The notes under the pieces: model-generated | What the model was told of the DNA's origin: nothing | What the model saw: only the letters and a program-made list of their open reading frames with translations | Databases searched by the model: none | Made by a program: the position numbers and the translations under genes | Assembly: GCA_964464595.1 (NCBI GenBank) | Contig: CAYXGW010000011.1 | Span: forward strand, 4,967-68,966 | Reading direction: 5' to 3' | DNA from: an uncultured Deferribacteres bacterium | GTDB lineage: Bacteria; Zhuqueibacterota; JdFR-76; DREG01 | DNA: 64,000 bases | Part shown: one piece after another, positions 42,029 through 51,746 of the stretch | Layout of the letters: each line of letters starts with the position of its first letter | Position numbering within the stretch: position 1 is the stretch's first letter

Positions 42029-42547
42029 TTATCCAGAAGAATCAGGCTGGCTTGCTTCCTTTAATTTAGCTTGTTCTTTGGGCTCAAATAAAATAATTCC
42101 TACAAGAATAACCATTCCCACAGACACGGCAGAATCAGCGATATTAAACACTGGCCAGCGCATTTGACCGATGCCAACGTCGATAAAATCCACCACCGCT
42201 CCATAAAGTACCCGGTCGATTAAATTGCCAATAGCGCCGCCTAAAATCAAAGCAAGTGCCAATTTTACAAACACCTGGTCTCCCCTGGTACGAATTAGAT
42301 AGACAAAAACTACAATACTTGCAAGAATCGAAAAAATGGTGAATAGGGTTTTATTACCAATCTGAATACCAAATGCCATTCCCGGATTTTGAATATAGGT
42401 ATAGCGTAAGAAATCTCCCAAAACTTCTTCAGATTGACCAAGAAACATATTTTTTTTTGTTAGAATCTTAGTGATTTGATCCAAGGCGATTACAACAGTA
42501 CTAATTATAAAATATTTCAGCGAAATGTTCTTAAGCATGTTTGCCAT
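42029..42547 (-). CDS. lspA: Lipoprotein signal peptidase II
   Basis: Four-TM protein of 172 aa with conserved FNIADSAVSVG and NxGxAFG-like (NPGMAFG) motifs. Confidence 0.85.
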   Translation of the reverse strand: MANMLKNISLKYFIISTVVIALDQITKILTKKNMFLGQSEEVLGDFLRYTYIQNPGMAFGIQIGNKTLFTIFSILASIVVFVYLIRTRGDQVFVKLALALILGGAIGNLIDRVLYGAVVDFIDVGIGQMRWPVFNIADSAVSVGMVILVGIILFEPKEQAKLKEASQPDSSG

Positions 42548-42554
42548 TTATAAG

Positions 42555-42932
42555 TTAAACTTTACTTGTTTCTTCTTTAGATTTACAGGTAATGCACAGC
42601 CGGGCATGAGGAACCGCTTCCAATCTTGCATCAGATATGTCACTCTTGCATTCATTACATTTTCCATAATCCTTATTAGCTATTCTGTCAAGGGCCTCGT
42701 TAATGTGGTAGATCAGCCGGCCTTCTCTGTATGCCATCATGAACGCCTTTTCTCTTTCCTGGGCATCCGAACCCTGGTCTGCCATATGGGAAGAATAGGA
42801 GGAATTATCACCGCTTGCATTTTTCATTGTCTCTTTGAAAGAATTCTCACGGATATACTCCAATTGATCCTCCATCTCCTTTCGCTTTTTTAGCAACAGA
42901 TTCTTATATTGGTTTAACTTTTTCTTTTCCAT
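42555..42932 (-). CDS. DksA/TraR-family C4-type zinc-finger protein
   Basis: N-terminal coiled coil followed by CNECKSDIS...CITCKS (Cys4 finger). It sits in the conserved ileS-dksA-like-lspA gene order. Confidence 0.75.
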   Translation of the reverse strand: MEKKKLNQYKNLLLKKRKEMEDQLEYIRENSFKETMKNASGDNSSYSSHMADQGSDAQEREKAFMMAYREGRLIYHINEALDRIANKDYGKCNECKSDISDARLEAVPHARLCITCKSKEETSKV

Positions 42933-42936
42933 TTTT

Positions 42937-45900
42937 TTACTCCCGCAATTTAACTGAGCCCTGGAATTTCAAACCGGATATCGAAATCTTAATATCCTGG
43001 CCATCTATCTTCCAGTTTTTAGAATAATCCAGATTTTGGATTTTGAACTCCAGGCTCTCAGCAAGTGTTTCGTTTTTAATATAATTTCCCCAATTGCGTA
43101 AGGCACTAATAAATTCTTCAGCAGCACCCACATTGATATTAATTCTATCTACAACTTGGAGCCCATGTTCTTTTCTCATGTTCTGAACCCGGTTGACAAA
43201 TTCACGGGCGAATCCCTCCTGCTTTAGTGATTCGCTAATTTTTAAATCCAGACCAACAGCTATGTTATTTTGGGTTTGAACGATCATACCAGGAGGGTTT
43301 TCCATAAAGATGATCACATCATCTAAAGTGATATCGGCTTTCCCATTACCCAATGAAAGGTCATACTCCTTATTCTTTTGTAAGTCTAATATCTCATGAT
43401 GCTGTAAATGCTCTATTTGTTTGACTATTTTGTTCACATCTTTTCCAAACTTTGGACCCAGAGATTTGAAATTTCCTTTTGCTCTCAGAATCGCCAGGCT
43501 TTCCAGGTTGTCCAAAAATTCAATGGCTTTAACATTAATCTCTTCTAAAATTAAGGCTTGCATTTTGGATAATGCATTTCTTTGTTTTTCTGATTGAACC
43601 GCAATCACAATTTTTTTTAGCGGTTGTCTCACCTTCATTCCCGCTTCGCTACGTAAAGCTCTTGCGGCGCTTACAACGTTTCGGGTTATCTCCATTCTGC
43701 TCAACAATTCCTCATCGGAAACCGAAAACTCAAGTTGAGTTTGGTCGGGATAAAAAGCCAAATGGACGCTTTCATAAGGTTCGGTTTGGTTTGTGTTTAG
43801 ATTGCGATATAAAGCGTCGGCGATGAAGGGAGAAAATGGTGCAATCAATTTCGACAAGGTGAGTAAAACTTCGTATAACGTCTTATATGCAGAGATTTTA
43901 TCATCACCCATTTCATTTTTCCAAAACCTCCGTCGTGACCTTCTCACATACCAGTTTGAAAGCTCCTCAATCGTGAAATCGCTAATTGCACGCGCTGCTT
44001 TGGTTAAATCATAACGTTGTAAGAATTCATTGACTTCCCCAACCAACCGATTACGAGCCGACAAAATCCAACGATCCATTTCCGGACGATTCTCGATTGC
44101 AGGTCCATCTCCTGTGTATTGAAATTCATCAATATTTGCATACATCATGAAGAATGAATAAGTATTTATGAGCGTGCCAAAAAATTTACGCTGAACTTCT
44201 TTGATCCCTTCAGGATCAAATCTTGTGGGTGTCCACGGTGGGCTAACGGTAAAGAAATACCAACGCAAAGGATCGACGCCAAACTTTTCTATGATCTCAA
44301 ATGGATCAACCGTATTACCTTTAGATTTGCTCATCTTTTGACCATTTTGATCCAAAACCAACTCAAGAGAAACACAGGCTTTATAAGCCGGTTCGTCAAA
44401 CAGCAGTGTCGAAATTGCCAATAGAGAATAAAACCAACCCCGTGTTTGGTCGATCCCTTCGGAAATGAAATCCGCTGGAAAATTTCGTTTAAAAATATCC
44501 TGGTTTTCAAAGGGATAGTGCCATTGGGCATATGGCATCGCGCCGGAATCAAACCAAACATCAATCACCTCAGGCACTCGTTTCATCTTCATCTGACATT
44601 TTTCACATGGTATTTCCACATCGTCAATATAAGGTTTATGCAAATCAGGAATCTCTTTTAGATTGGCTTTTTGTGATAACTCTTCCATACTGCCGACCAT
44701 TAATTGAAAATCACAATCAGAACATTTCCAAATATTCAGAGGCGTTCCCCAAAACCTATCGCGAGAAAGAGACCAATCCACATTATTCCTGAGCCATTCT
44801 CCAAACCTGCCTTCTCCAACTTCTTTTGGAATCCATTGGATCTTCTTATTATTGGCCAGCAAGTTTTCTTTTAATTTAGTGGTTCGAATAAACCAGGATT
44901 CTTTAGCGTAATACAAAAGCGGTGAATCGCAGCGCCAGCAAAAAGGGTAGCTATGATGATAAATCTCTTCATGATATAATAACCCGCGCTGCTTTAAATT
45001 CTTAATGATGTCTTTATCTGCATCTTTAACAAATTGTTGTTTAAAATCGGTGATCTCTTCGGTAAAACGACCCGATTTATCCACGGGCTGCAAAAACGGT
45101 AAATCATACTTTTGACCCATGCGGTAATCATCTTCGCCAAATGCCGGTGCGGTGTGCACAATCCCGGTTCCTTCTTCAGTAGTGACAAAATCACCTAAAA
45201 TAACATACCAGGCTTTTTTATCCGGCTTAATGAAACTGAATAAAGGATCATATTCAATGTTTTCAAGCTTACGTCCTTTTATTTCTTCAATGATCTCATA
45301 GTCGCCTTCAATTACCGAAAGTCTTTGCTTTACGAAGATGAGTTTTTCACCATTAAGTCGAATCTTAACATAGGTCTCATCGGGATGAACCGCCAAAGCC
45401 GCGTTTGAAATGAGAGTCCATGGCGTAGTGGTCCAGACCAGGAAATAGGTGCCGGATGTTTCTTTCAATTTCATTTTTACGAAGATCGAAGGATCAGGAA
45501 CATCTTTATAGCCCAGGGAAACTTCATGGCTAGACAACGCGGTTTCACAACGAGGACAATACGGTAGGACCTTGTGGCCTTCGTACAACAAGCCTTTTTG
45601 CCAGAACTCTTTTAATATCCACCAAACTGATTCAATATATTCGTTACTGTAGGTGATATACGGATCGTCCAAATCAACCCAGAAAGCAATTCGCCTGGTT
45701 AGTTCGTCCCATTCTGCTTTATAACGGAAAACATTCTCTTTACATTTTTCGTTGAATTTATCGATCCCGTACTCGATGATTTGCTCTTTTCCGTCGATAC
45801 CCAATTCTTTTTCAACCTCAATTTCAACCGGAAGACCATGGGTATCCCAACCTGCTTTTCGTTCCACGCGGTATCCCTGCATGGTTCGTAACCGGCAGAC

Positions 45901-46101
45901 AAAATCTTTTACAGCTCGAGAGATCACATGATGAATGCCTGGCTTGCCATTGGCGGTAGGCGGCCCTTCGTAGAAGACAAAATGTTTTTTCGGATCACGA
46001 AGATTTACACTTTTGTGGAAGATATCATTCTTTTCCCAAAAAGCGAGAATATCCAGTTCCAACTGCGGGATTTCATGGGGTGATGGAAGTTCCTTAAACA
46101 C
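42937..46101 (-). CDS. ileS: Isoleucine--tRNA ligase
   Basis: PPTANGKPGIHHV (HIGH-type motif), KMSKSKGN (KMSKS), and editing and Zn-finger regions. Length 1054 aa. Confidence 0.95.
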   Translation of the reverse strand: MFKELPSPHEIPQLELDILAFWEKNDIFHKSVNLRDPKKHFVFYEGPPTANGKPGIHHVISRAVKDFVCRLRTMQGYRVERKAGWDTHGLPVEIEVEKELGIDGKEQIIEYGIDKFNEKCKENVFRYKAEWDELTRRIAFWVDLDDPYITYSNEYIESVWWILKEFWQKGLLYEGHKVLPYCPRCETALSSHEVSLGYKDVPDPSIFVKMKLKETSGTYFLVWTTTPWTLISNAALAVHPDETYVKIRLNGEKLIFVKQRLSVIEGDYEIIEEIKGRKLENIEYDPLFSFIKPDKKAWYVILGDFVTTEEGTGIVHTAPAFGEDDYRMGQKYDLPFLQPVDKSGRFTEEITDFKQQFVKDADKDIIKNLKQRGLLYHEEIYHHSYPFCWRCDSPLLYYAKESWFIRTTKLKENLLANNKKIQWIPKEVGEGRFGEWLRNNVDWSLSRDRFWGTPLNIWKCSDCDFQLMVGSMEELSQKANLKEIPDLHKPYIDDVEIPCEKCQMKMKRVPEVIDVWFDSGAMPYAQWHYPFENQDIFKRNFPADFISEGIDQTRGWFYSLLAISTLLFDEPAYKACVSLELVLDQNGQKMSKSKGNTVDPFEIIEKFGVDPLRWYFFTVSPPWTPTRFDPEGIKEVQRKFFGTLINTYSFFMMYANIDEFQYTGDGPAIENRPEMDRWILSARNRLVGEVNEFLQRYDLTKAARAISDFTIEELSNWYVRRSRRRFWKNEMGDDKISAYKTLYEVLLTLSKLIAPFSPFIADALYRNLNTNQTEPYESVHLAFYPDQTQLEFSVSDEELLSRMEITRNVVSAARALRSEAGMKVRQPLKKIVIAVQSEKQRNALSKMQALILEEINVKAIEFLDNLESLAILRAKGNFKSLGPKFGKDVNKIVKQIEHLQHHEILDLQKNKEYDLSLGNGKADITLDDVIIFMENPPGMIVQTQNNIAVGLDLKISESLKQEGFAREFVNRVQNMRKEHGLQVVDRININVGAAEEFISALRNWGNYIKNETLAESLEFKIQNLDYSKNWKIDGQDIKISISGLKFQGSVKLRE

Positions 46102-46185
46102 AGATCGCCTTATTTTGTCCAGTTAAAAAAATCAAAAAGATAAATAATATAATATAATCACCCCTTAATTTCAATTGAAATGGAT

Positions 46186-47157
46186 TTACAAAGAAGATGT
46201 ATGAATAACTTTTTTTTCTACTCGGCAAATGAATGAAAACCACTCATTTTTACTTTTTTCCTGAATCACTAAAAGCCCGTTTTGTTTTAATATTCCAGTC
46301 ACTTTTGTCTTTTCTTCAATGAGAAAACCCGACAAAATAAACCGACCTCTATTGGGTTCTAGAAAAAGTACTAATTGCGGAATTAGTGACAGTAATTTGC
46401 TGGAAAGCATATTGGCAAGTATCAAATCGAACGTTTTCATCCCAATTTTAAAATTAGCTTGATCACTCACAAAAAATGGAATGTTCTTGACTTCATTCAG
46501 TACCGCATTGGTTTTTGCTGTTTGAACCGCAACTTCGTCAACGTCAAAACCTGTTGTGAATGAAGCGTCTAGTTTTGCAGCTGCGATTGCTAAAATGCCG
46601 GAGCCTGTACCTGCATCCAAAACCCTCATGCCCGGATTTAGGAACTCCAGCATTGCATCCAGCATTAACCAGGTAGTCTCGTGACCGCCGGTTCCAAAGG
46701 CTTGTTGAGGATCGATAGTGATAACAATCTGTCCTGGTTTAGGTTGAATGGTCTCCCAGGAAGGTGTAATTACCATTCGTGAACCAATAACGATGGGCTT
46801 AAAAAAAGCTTTCCAATTTTCCTGCCAATCTTCCGGATACACTTTATCAATTTGAATGTTAAAATCTTCATTGATTGCAAGCGTTTTATTGGTGAATTCC
46901 AGTTGCTTTTGACATTTTCTACGAATTTGCTCGATGTCTTTTTCTGCTGAGAAATATGCAATAATGGCATCGGATTCTTCTTCGATACCCTCACTTCCTA
47001 ATTCAAATAAAAAATTGGTTATGATTTCGTTGAGGGGTGGGTTGACTGCAATGGTGAGTTTATGCCAGAATGTAAAGTCAGAATTAATACTTGGACTCTT
47101 TGTCATACTTGAAATATTGCTTATTTTTACTGAAGTGGAGATTTCTTCAAATTCCAA
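46186..47157 (-). CDS. prmA: Ribosomal protein L11 methyltransferase
   Basis: AdoMet motif I VLDAGTGSGILAIAAAKL and a PrmA-type N-domain. Length 323 aa. Confidence 0.8.
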   Translation of the reverse strand: MEFEEISTSVKISNISSMTKSPSINSDFTFWHKLTIAVNPPLNEIITNFLFELGSEGIEEESDAIIAYFSAEKDIEQIRRKCQKQLEFTNKTLAINEDFNIQIDKVYPEDWQENWKAFFKPIVIGSRMVITPSWETIQPKPGQIVITIDPQQAFGTGGHETTWLMLDAMLEFLNPGMRVLDAGTGSGILAIAAAKLDASFTTGFDVDEVAVQTAKTNAVLNEVKNIPFFVSDQANFKIGMKTFDLILANMLSSKLLSLIPQLVLFLEPNRGRFILSGFLIEEKTKVTGILKQNGLLVIQEKSKNEWFSFICRVEKKVIHTSSL

Positions 47158-47507
47158 ATATCAGCAATGGAAACAAGATAATCCAAATAAATATATGTTA
47201 TGGGATTCAAAGAAAACCAAATTATGAAACTTTATATATTTTTGTAATATCCTTTTATTAAATCATTTTTATGTTCATATATTCTTCTTTTGAGATTGTT
47301 TGTAACTCTAATGTAAAGGATACCGTTTTTCTTACTTGCTAATATATACACAAAGTAATAATTCATACTTTTAAATTTAAGTCATCTCACAATCAAGATT
47401 CCCGATAAAAACTGTTTTAAACTTAGTGCCAAAAACAACATTACTGTCGAATTGACTTTCAAATTCATGTTAGACTCAGTTCATATTTCATTTTTTTAAA
47501 TTAAATA

Positions 47508-47918
47508 TTCTACCAGCACTAATTGTAGCAATATACAGGTGATTATTTTTATAATCAATTTTCGTAACATTGTAATTATCAAGAACATCTTTACGAAATG
47601 TAGTTTCAAATAATATTGTCCCTGATAAATCATAAACTCTGTATTTAAAATTCAACATATTACTTTCGGTTACAGCCAGTTTTTTCCTTAAATTTCATAG
47701 AAACAGGATTTGGCAAATCCAAGTTCTTCAGCTTTGGCATTGAACTGAATGATTTGTTCAGGAGTTGTTTCTTCATTCACAACTATGTGTGCAATTTCCT
47801 GGAAGGACTTAGCGCTTTCCTGGATTTGAAAGCCCAGTACAACATTCAATTTTAAACTTAGCAAGACAACAAACAAGATTACTGTCAAATTGATTTTTAA
47901 ACTCATTTCATATTTCAT
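47508..47918 (-). pseudogene. Internally deleted copy of the secreted paralog family encoded at 47915..50361
   Basis: The 76-aa ORF (47688..47918) matches the signal peptide and N-terminus of the 394-aa neighbour (QIQESAKSFQEIAHIVVNEETTPEQIIQFNAKAEELGFAK vs QNQESTKSFQEIVRIDVNDEITPEKIQQFNAKADELGFAK). The DNA at 47508..47690 encodes the family C-terminus (KYRVYDLSGTILFETTFRKDVLDNYNVTKIDYKNNHLYIATISAGRIFNL), so roughly 900 bp of middle is missing. Confidence 0.5.
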
Positions 47919-49099
47919 TTTTTTAAATGAAAAATTCTACCTACACTAATATTGGCAATATATAGGTGATTGCTTTTATAATCAATTTCAGTGATATTAG
48001 AATTGTCTAGATATCTTTTGCGAAATTCGGTTTCAAAAATAACTGACCCTGTTAGATCATAAACTCTATATTTTCTATTTAGAACATTCGATATGGTTGC
48101 AATTAATTTATTTTCTAAAATCGCCAGTCGGATTGGGCGATAAGGATTGTTTGAATTTTCGTCATCAATTTGGACAGGCCAGTTTTGTATCACAGTTTCT
48201 TGTTCATCATCAATTAGATATAAATAGCTAGACTTATCTTCTAAGCTTCTATTAGTCGATGCAGCTGCCAGGTATTTTCCATCTGAACTAAAAGTAACGG
48301 CCACATCTCCTTTAAATTCTGTCGGGTATTCTCTTAGTTGATTTCCCTCACGATCAAAAACATAAACAATGCCACTTTCATGTCCTAATGCAACTTTTTC
48401 ATTACTAATGGCCAATTGTCGCGTGCTTCGCAAATCGGGCTTTCGCCAAAGTTCCTTACCCTCTGCATTTATTGCAATTAATGCATGCTGTTGACCAGAA
48501 AGATCATTAATTACGCTATTAATTATCATATAACTCTTGTCGGGTGAGGCATGAACCATTCGCCAATCGTTAACACTATAAACATCTGGAAATGTATTAA
48601 TGAGTCTGCCAAATTTATCATAAAGAGTGATTGGCTTACGGGAAGCCATCCTAAAAACGAAACCCAGTTCGGTTGGGACAAGACTAAAATTGCCATCATT
48701 TTTCTGAGAGAACAGGTATGTACCATTTCTATCATATACCCGCTTGATATATATTGTTGGGTATTCAGGGCGATCTCGCTCGTTAACGATAATAAAATCT
48801 TTTGTTATCCTCGCGACTCTTTCTAGAGGCCAATTTAAATTTAATTGAATTCCATTACTGAAAATGATTCTTGCGCTTGAAACGCTTTTTTCAAAGAAAG
48901 TGGGTTTGGCGAAGCCTAGTTCATCAGCTTTGGCATTAAACTGTTGTATTTTCTCAGGAGTTATTTCATCATTCACATCTATGCGTACGATTTCCTGGAA
49001 AGACTTGGTGCTTTCCTGATTTTGAAATCCCAGTACAACATGCAATTTTAAACTTAGTGCCACAAACAACATTACTGTCGAATTGATTTTCAAATTCAT
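47915..49099 (-). CDS. Secreted protein of unknown function, paralog B, possibly beta-propeller-like
   Basis: Signal peptide (VMLFVALSLKLHVVLG). About 35% identity by eye to the 409-aa upstream gene (HALIAINAEGKELWRKPDLRSTRQLAISNEKVAL vs RALIAFETNGNELWRIAGLGSQRQLGISNDKVAI). Confidence 0.5.
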   Translation of the reverse strand: MNLKINSTVMLFVALSLKLHVVLGFQNQESTKSFQEIVRIDVNDEITPEKIQQFNAKADELGFAKPTFFEKSVSSARIIFSNGIQLNLNWPLERVARITKDFIIVNERDRPEYPTIYIKRVYDRNGTYLFSQKNDGNFSLVPTELGFVFRMASRKPITLYDKFGRLINTFPDVYSVNDWRMVHASPDKSYMIINSVINDLSGQQHALIAINAEGKELWRKPDLRSTRQLAISNEKVALGHESGIVYVFDREGNQLREYPTEFKGDVAVTFSSDGKYLAAASTNRSLEDKSSYLYLIDDEQETVIQNWPVQIDDENSNNPYRPIRLAILENKLIATISNVLNRKYRVYDLTGSVIFETEFRKRYLDNSNITEIDYKSNHLYIANISVGRIFHLKK

Positions 49100-49131
49100 T
49101 TTAAGCTCATTTCAATTTTTTTGTTTTAGAT

Positions 49132-50361
49132 TCAAAATTCATCGTTTAATTCTTTTATACTTTTGGGAAATTTATACAATAGCCCATTACTAACGGCCAG
49201 AACTTGAAAAGTATCATCAGTGATGTATATATTTTCAACATTAGCATGATCATAAGTGTTTATTGACATTGGAATCTCTAATAGTAATTTTCCTGAAAAA
49301 TTATATACTCTATATATTCTATAGGATATAAAATCAGACGTTACACAAACCAACTCGTTGAAAATAGCTAGTCTTACTGGAACCCCACTCTTTTTACCTT
49401 GGCTCTTCTGATTAGATATGAATATTGGCCAATTATTCACTAACTCCCCCTTGTTATCATCAAATAGATAGATATAACTGTCTTTATATCGTCTCTCTTT
49501 TGTTTTTAATGAGGTTGAAATTGCTGCAAGGTATCTTCCATCCCCACTAAAAGTAACTGCTCCATTAACAGTAAAATTAACCGGATAGGACCTTAGTTCT
49601 TCACCTGATCGATTGAAAACAAAAACACTACTCCCCCACGGATTAATTGCCACTTTATCATTACTAATACCAAGTTGTCTTTGACTTCCCAAGCCAGCAA
49701 TACGCCAAAGCTCATTCCCGTTTGTTTCAAAAGCAATTAATGCGCGATTTCTATTACGGTTATGATCAATCTTTGGTATAGCTTCTTTTACCCCTGCATT
49801 AATCACAAAAAAACTCTGATCAGGGGAGGCATAGATTTTACGAAAGCTATTGATTATGTTTGCATCTTTGATTGAGCCAACCGAATCTCCAAAAACATTC
49901 ATTAAAGACATAGGACCATATCTTTCGATTTGTTTAATAAAAAGTCCTGTCCCTGTTGGATAAAGATATTTGGCTTCCGTTGAAAACAGCTTTTCGCCCT
50001 TTTTGTTATAGACTTGTTTTTCTATTAAAGTTGGGTACTGGGAATGGTTTATCTCTTGTATAACTATATTGTCTTGAGTAAATTTATGTACTCTTTGCAA
50101 CTTATCTTTCAAAAAAAATTCCTTACCATTAGCAAAAATTATCTTCTCACCCTCTTCACTGCGCAGTAGAAATTGTCCTTGCGGAGCGCCAAGTTCGCTA
50201 GCTGTTTGGTTGAATTTTAGAACATCTGAAACGGTAGAATATTTATTTACTTTCGCAACGATGTATTTTTGGTATTTTTTGTTTACATTTTGTGCGAGGC
50301 TGGATATTGTTATAAAGAAAATTAATGGTAGTATTAATATAAATCTGATGTTGTTTTTCAT
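49132..50361 (-). CDS. Secreted protein of unknown function, paralog A
   Basis: Signal peptide (FILILPLIFFITISSLA|QN). It is collinear with paralog B over the full length. Confidence 0.5.
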   Translation of the reverse strand: MKNNIRFILILPLIFFITISSLAQNVNKKYQKYIVAKVNKYSTVSDVLKFNQTASELGAPQGQFLLRSEEGEKIIFANGKEFFLKDKLQRVHKFTQDNIVIQEINHSQYPTLIEKQVYNKKGEKLFSTEAKYLYPTGTGLFIKQIERYGPMSLMNVFGDSVGSIKDANIINSFRKIYASPDQSFFVINAGVKEAIPKIDHNRNRNRALIAFETNGNELWRIAGLGSQRQLGISNDKVAINPWGSSVFVFNRSGEELRSYPVNFTVNGAVTFSGDGRYLAAISTSLKTKERRYKDSYIYLFDDNKGELVNNWPIFISNQKSQGKKSGVPVRLAIFNELVCVTSDFISYRIYRVYNFSGKLLLEIPMSINTYDHANVENIYITDDTFQVLAVSNGLLYKFPKSIKELNDEF

Positions 50362-50588
50362 AATGAAGTCTCGGTTACAAATTACTATTACAAGTAGATT
50401 TCATGATTATTTGGTTTGCTAAGATAATGATTTTAAGGTTAATTATAAAGCTGTAACTAATGCAGAAAAAATCTAATTCTATCCGCCGATTTGCTTAAAT
50501 TTTCGTTAAAATAAAATGATACTATTTTAGATGTAACCCAACATCCTACAGTAAAAAGACCCCTCTTTTTTCCGTCTCACGTTTGCCT

Positions 50589-51518
50589 TCACTCATAAAC
50601 AAACGCCAACAACACCCGCCCCACTTTCTCCAAACTTTCCGGACTGCACTTATCCGGCGTGTCTTCCGTGGTGTGCCAATACGGGTAATCATAATCAATG
50701 AGATCGATGGCCGGAATTCCGGCTTGCAGTAGCGGCAAATGGTCGTCTGTAATGGTGTGTCGCACTTCCCGAATAAATTCCGGCAGGTTCAGCTCTTCCG
50801 CTTTGGACCAAACCTGATCGACCAAATCGGAAGCATAATTCTGGGAATTGCCTTCGATGTAAATCTCCAGGTCCGCATCGCCGATCATATCCAACAGGAT
50901 CGCTGCCCGGGGTTTATAATTGAAAGCCTTATTCTTCGCAAAAAATCTAGAACCCTGTAAAAACTCATCACCATGACTACTTCGTCCCATATCTTCGGCA
51001 TCAAAGAAAACGATATCAACCGGAAATGGCGGTGGGTTGCTGCTAAAAATTCTAGCGATTTCCAATAATACAGCCACTCCTGAAGCAGCATCATTGGCAC
51101 CTAGGATTGGCTTTTCCCGGTTACCCGGTTCCTTGTCCTGGTCGGCTTTCGGACGGCTATCCCAATGAGCGCATAAAATAACCTGTGCATTGCCATCCCC
51201 AAAAGACGAAATAATATTGTAAGCCTGGGTTCGTTTATTTGACATAAAATTAACAGACGGGAAAGATTGGATTCTTACTTTATTCGTATATTTTTTCATT
51301 TCTTCTACAAGGAAATCCCTGGTTTTGATATGCCCCTCGGTTCCAGGGATACGCGGCCCAAATGAACACTGCTTTTCCAAATACGCAAATGCTATTTGTT
51401 TATCAAAAACCGGTGTTGTAGATTGGGTTTGCGTTTGTGTCTGGGTTTGACTCTTGCAGGTAATTAAAACCAAAAGACAGTAGAGCAATAACAGACCTAT
51501 TTTTAAACGCCAATTCAT
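50589..51518 (-). CDS. M28-family Zn lipoprotein, probably a glutaminyl-peptide cyclotransferase (type II QC-like)
   Basis: Signal peptide ending ...LITC then a (TQ)5 low-complexity linker. Motifs are LCAHWDSRP, GANDAASGVAVLLEIAR, VFFDAEDMG and YWHTTEDTPD. In the second motif N-D replaces the D-D of di-zinc aminopeptidases, which would fit a mono-zinc QC. Confidence 0.55.
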   Translation of the reverse strand: MNWRLKIGLLLLYCLLVLITCKSQTQTQTQTQSTTPVFDKQIAFAYLEKQCSFGPRIPGTEGHIKTRDFLVEEMKKYTNKVRIQSFPSVNFMSNKRTQAYNIISSFGDGNAQVILCAHWDSRPKADQDKEPGNREKPILGANDAASGVAVLLEIARIFSSNPPPFPVDIVFFDAEDMGRSSHGDEFLQGSRFFAKNKAFNYKPRAAILLDMIGDADLEIYIEGNSQNYASDLVDQVWSKAEELNLPEFIREVRHTITDDHLPLLQAGIPAIDLIDYDYPYWHTTEDTPDKCSPESLEKVGRVLLAFVYE

Positions 51519-51569
51519 ATTAAAGTACTTTCAATTTATTTATATATTTAGTTTTGACAAATAATTAAG

Positions 51570-51594
51570 ATCCCCGATTAAAGCGTTCGGGGAT
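51570..51594 (-). terminator. Candidate terminator downstream of the sprA-like gene
   Basis: 7-bp stem atccccg/cggggat with an 11-nt loop. The minus-strand downstream flank (cttaattatttg) is T-rich. Confidence 0.3.
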
Positions 51595-51746
51595 GACAGT
51601 TCGGTAGTTCTCGGACAGCCTGAAAGCATGCGGTAATAACAGCAATGGTTATTGATCTTTGAATTTTGTTATTTATTTGTGATTTGAGATTTTCTTTTCG
51701 CTTTCATTAAGCCAATTTTTTGTAAAGACGTAATAGCGAAAAAGGC

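Noticed and set aside
47158-47420. AT-rich block as a possible oriC
   Set aside because: There are no DnaA-box-like TTATCCACA repeats and no adjacent dnaA. The AT-richness is explained by decayed gene-fragment DNA and promoter sequence.
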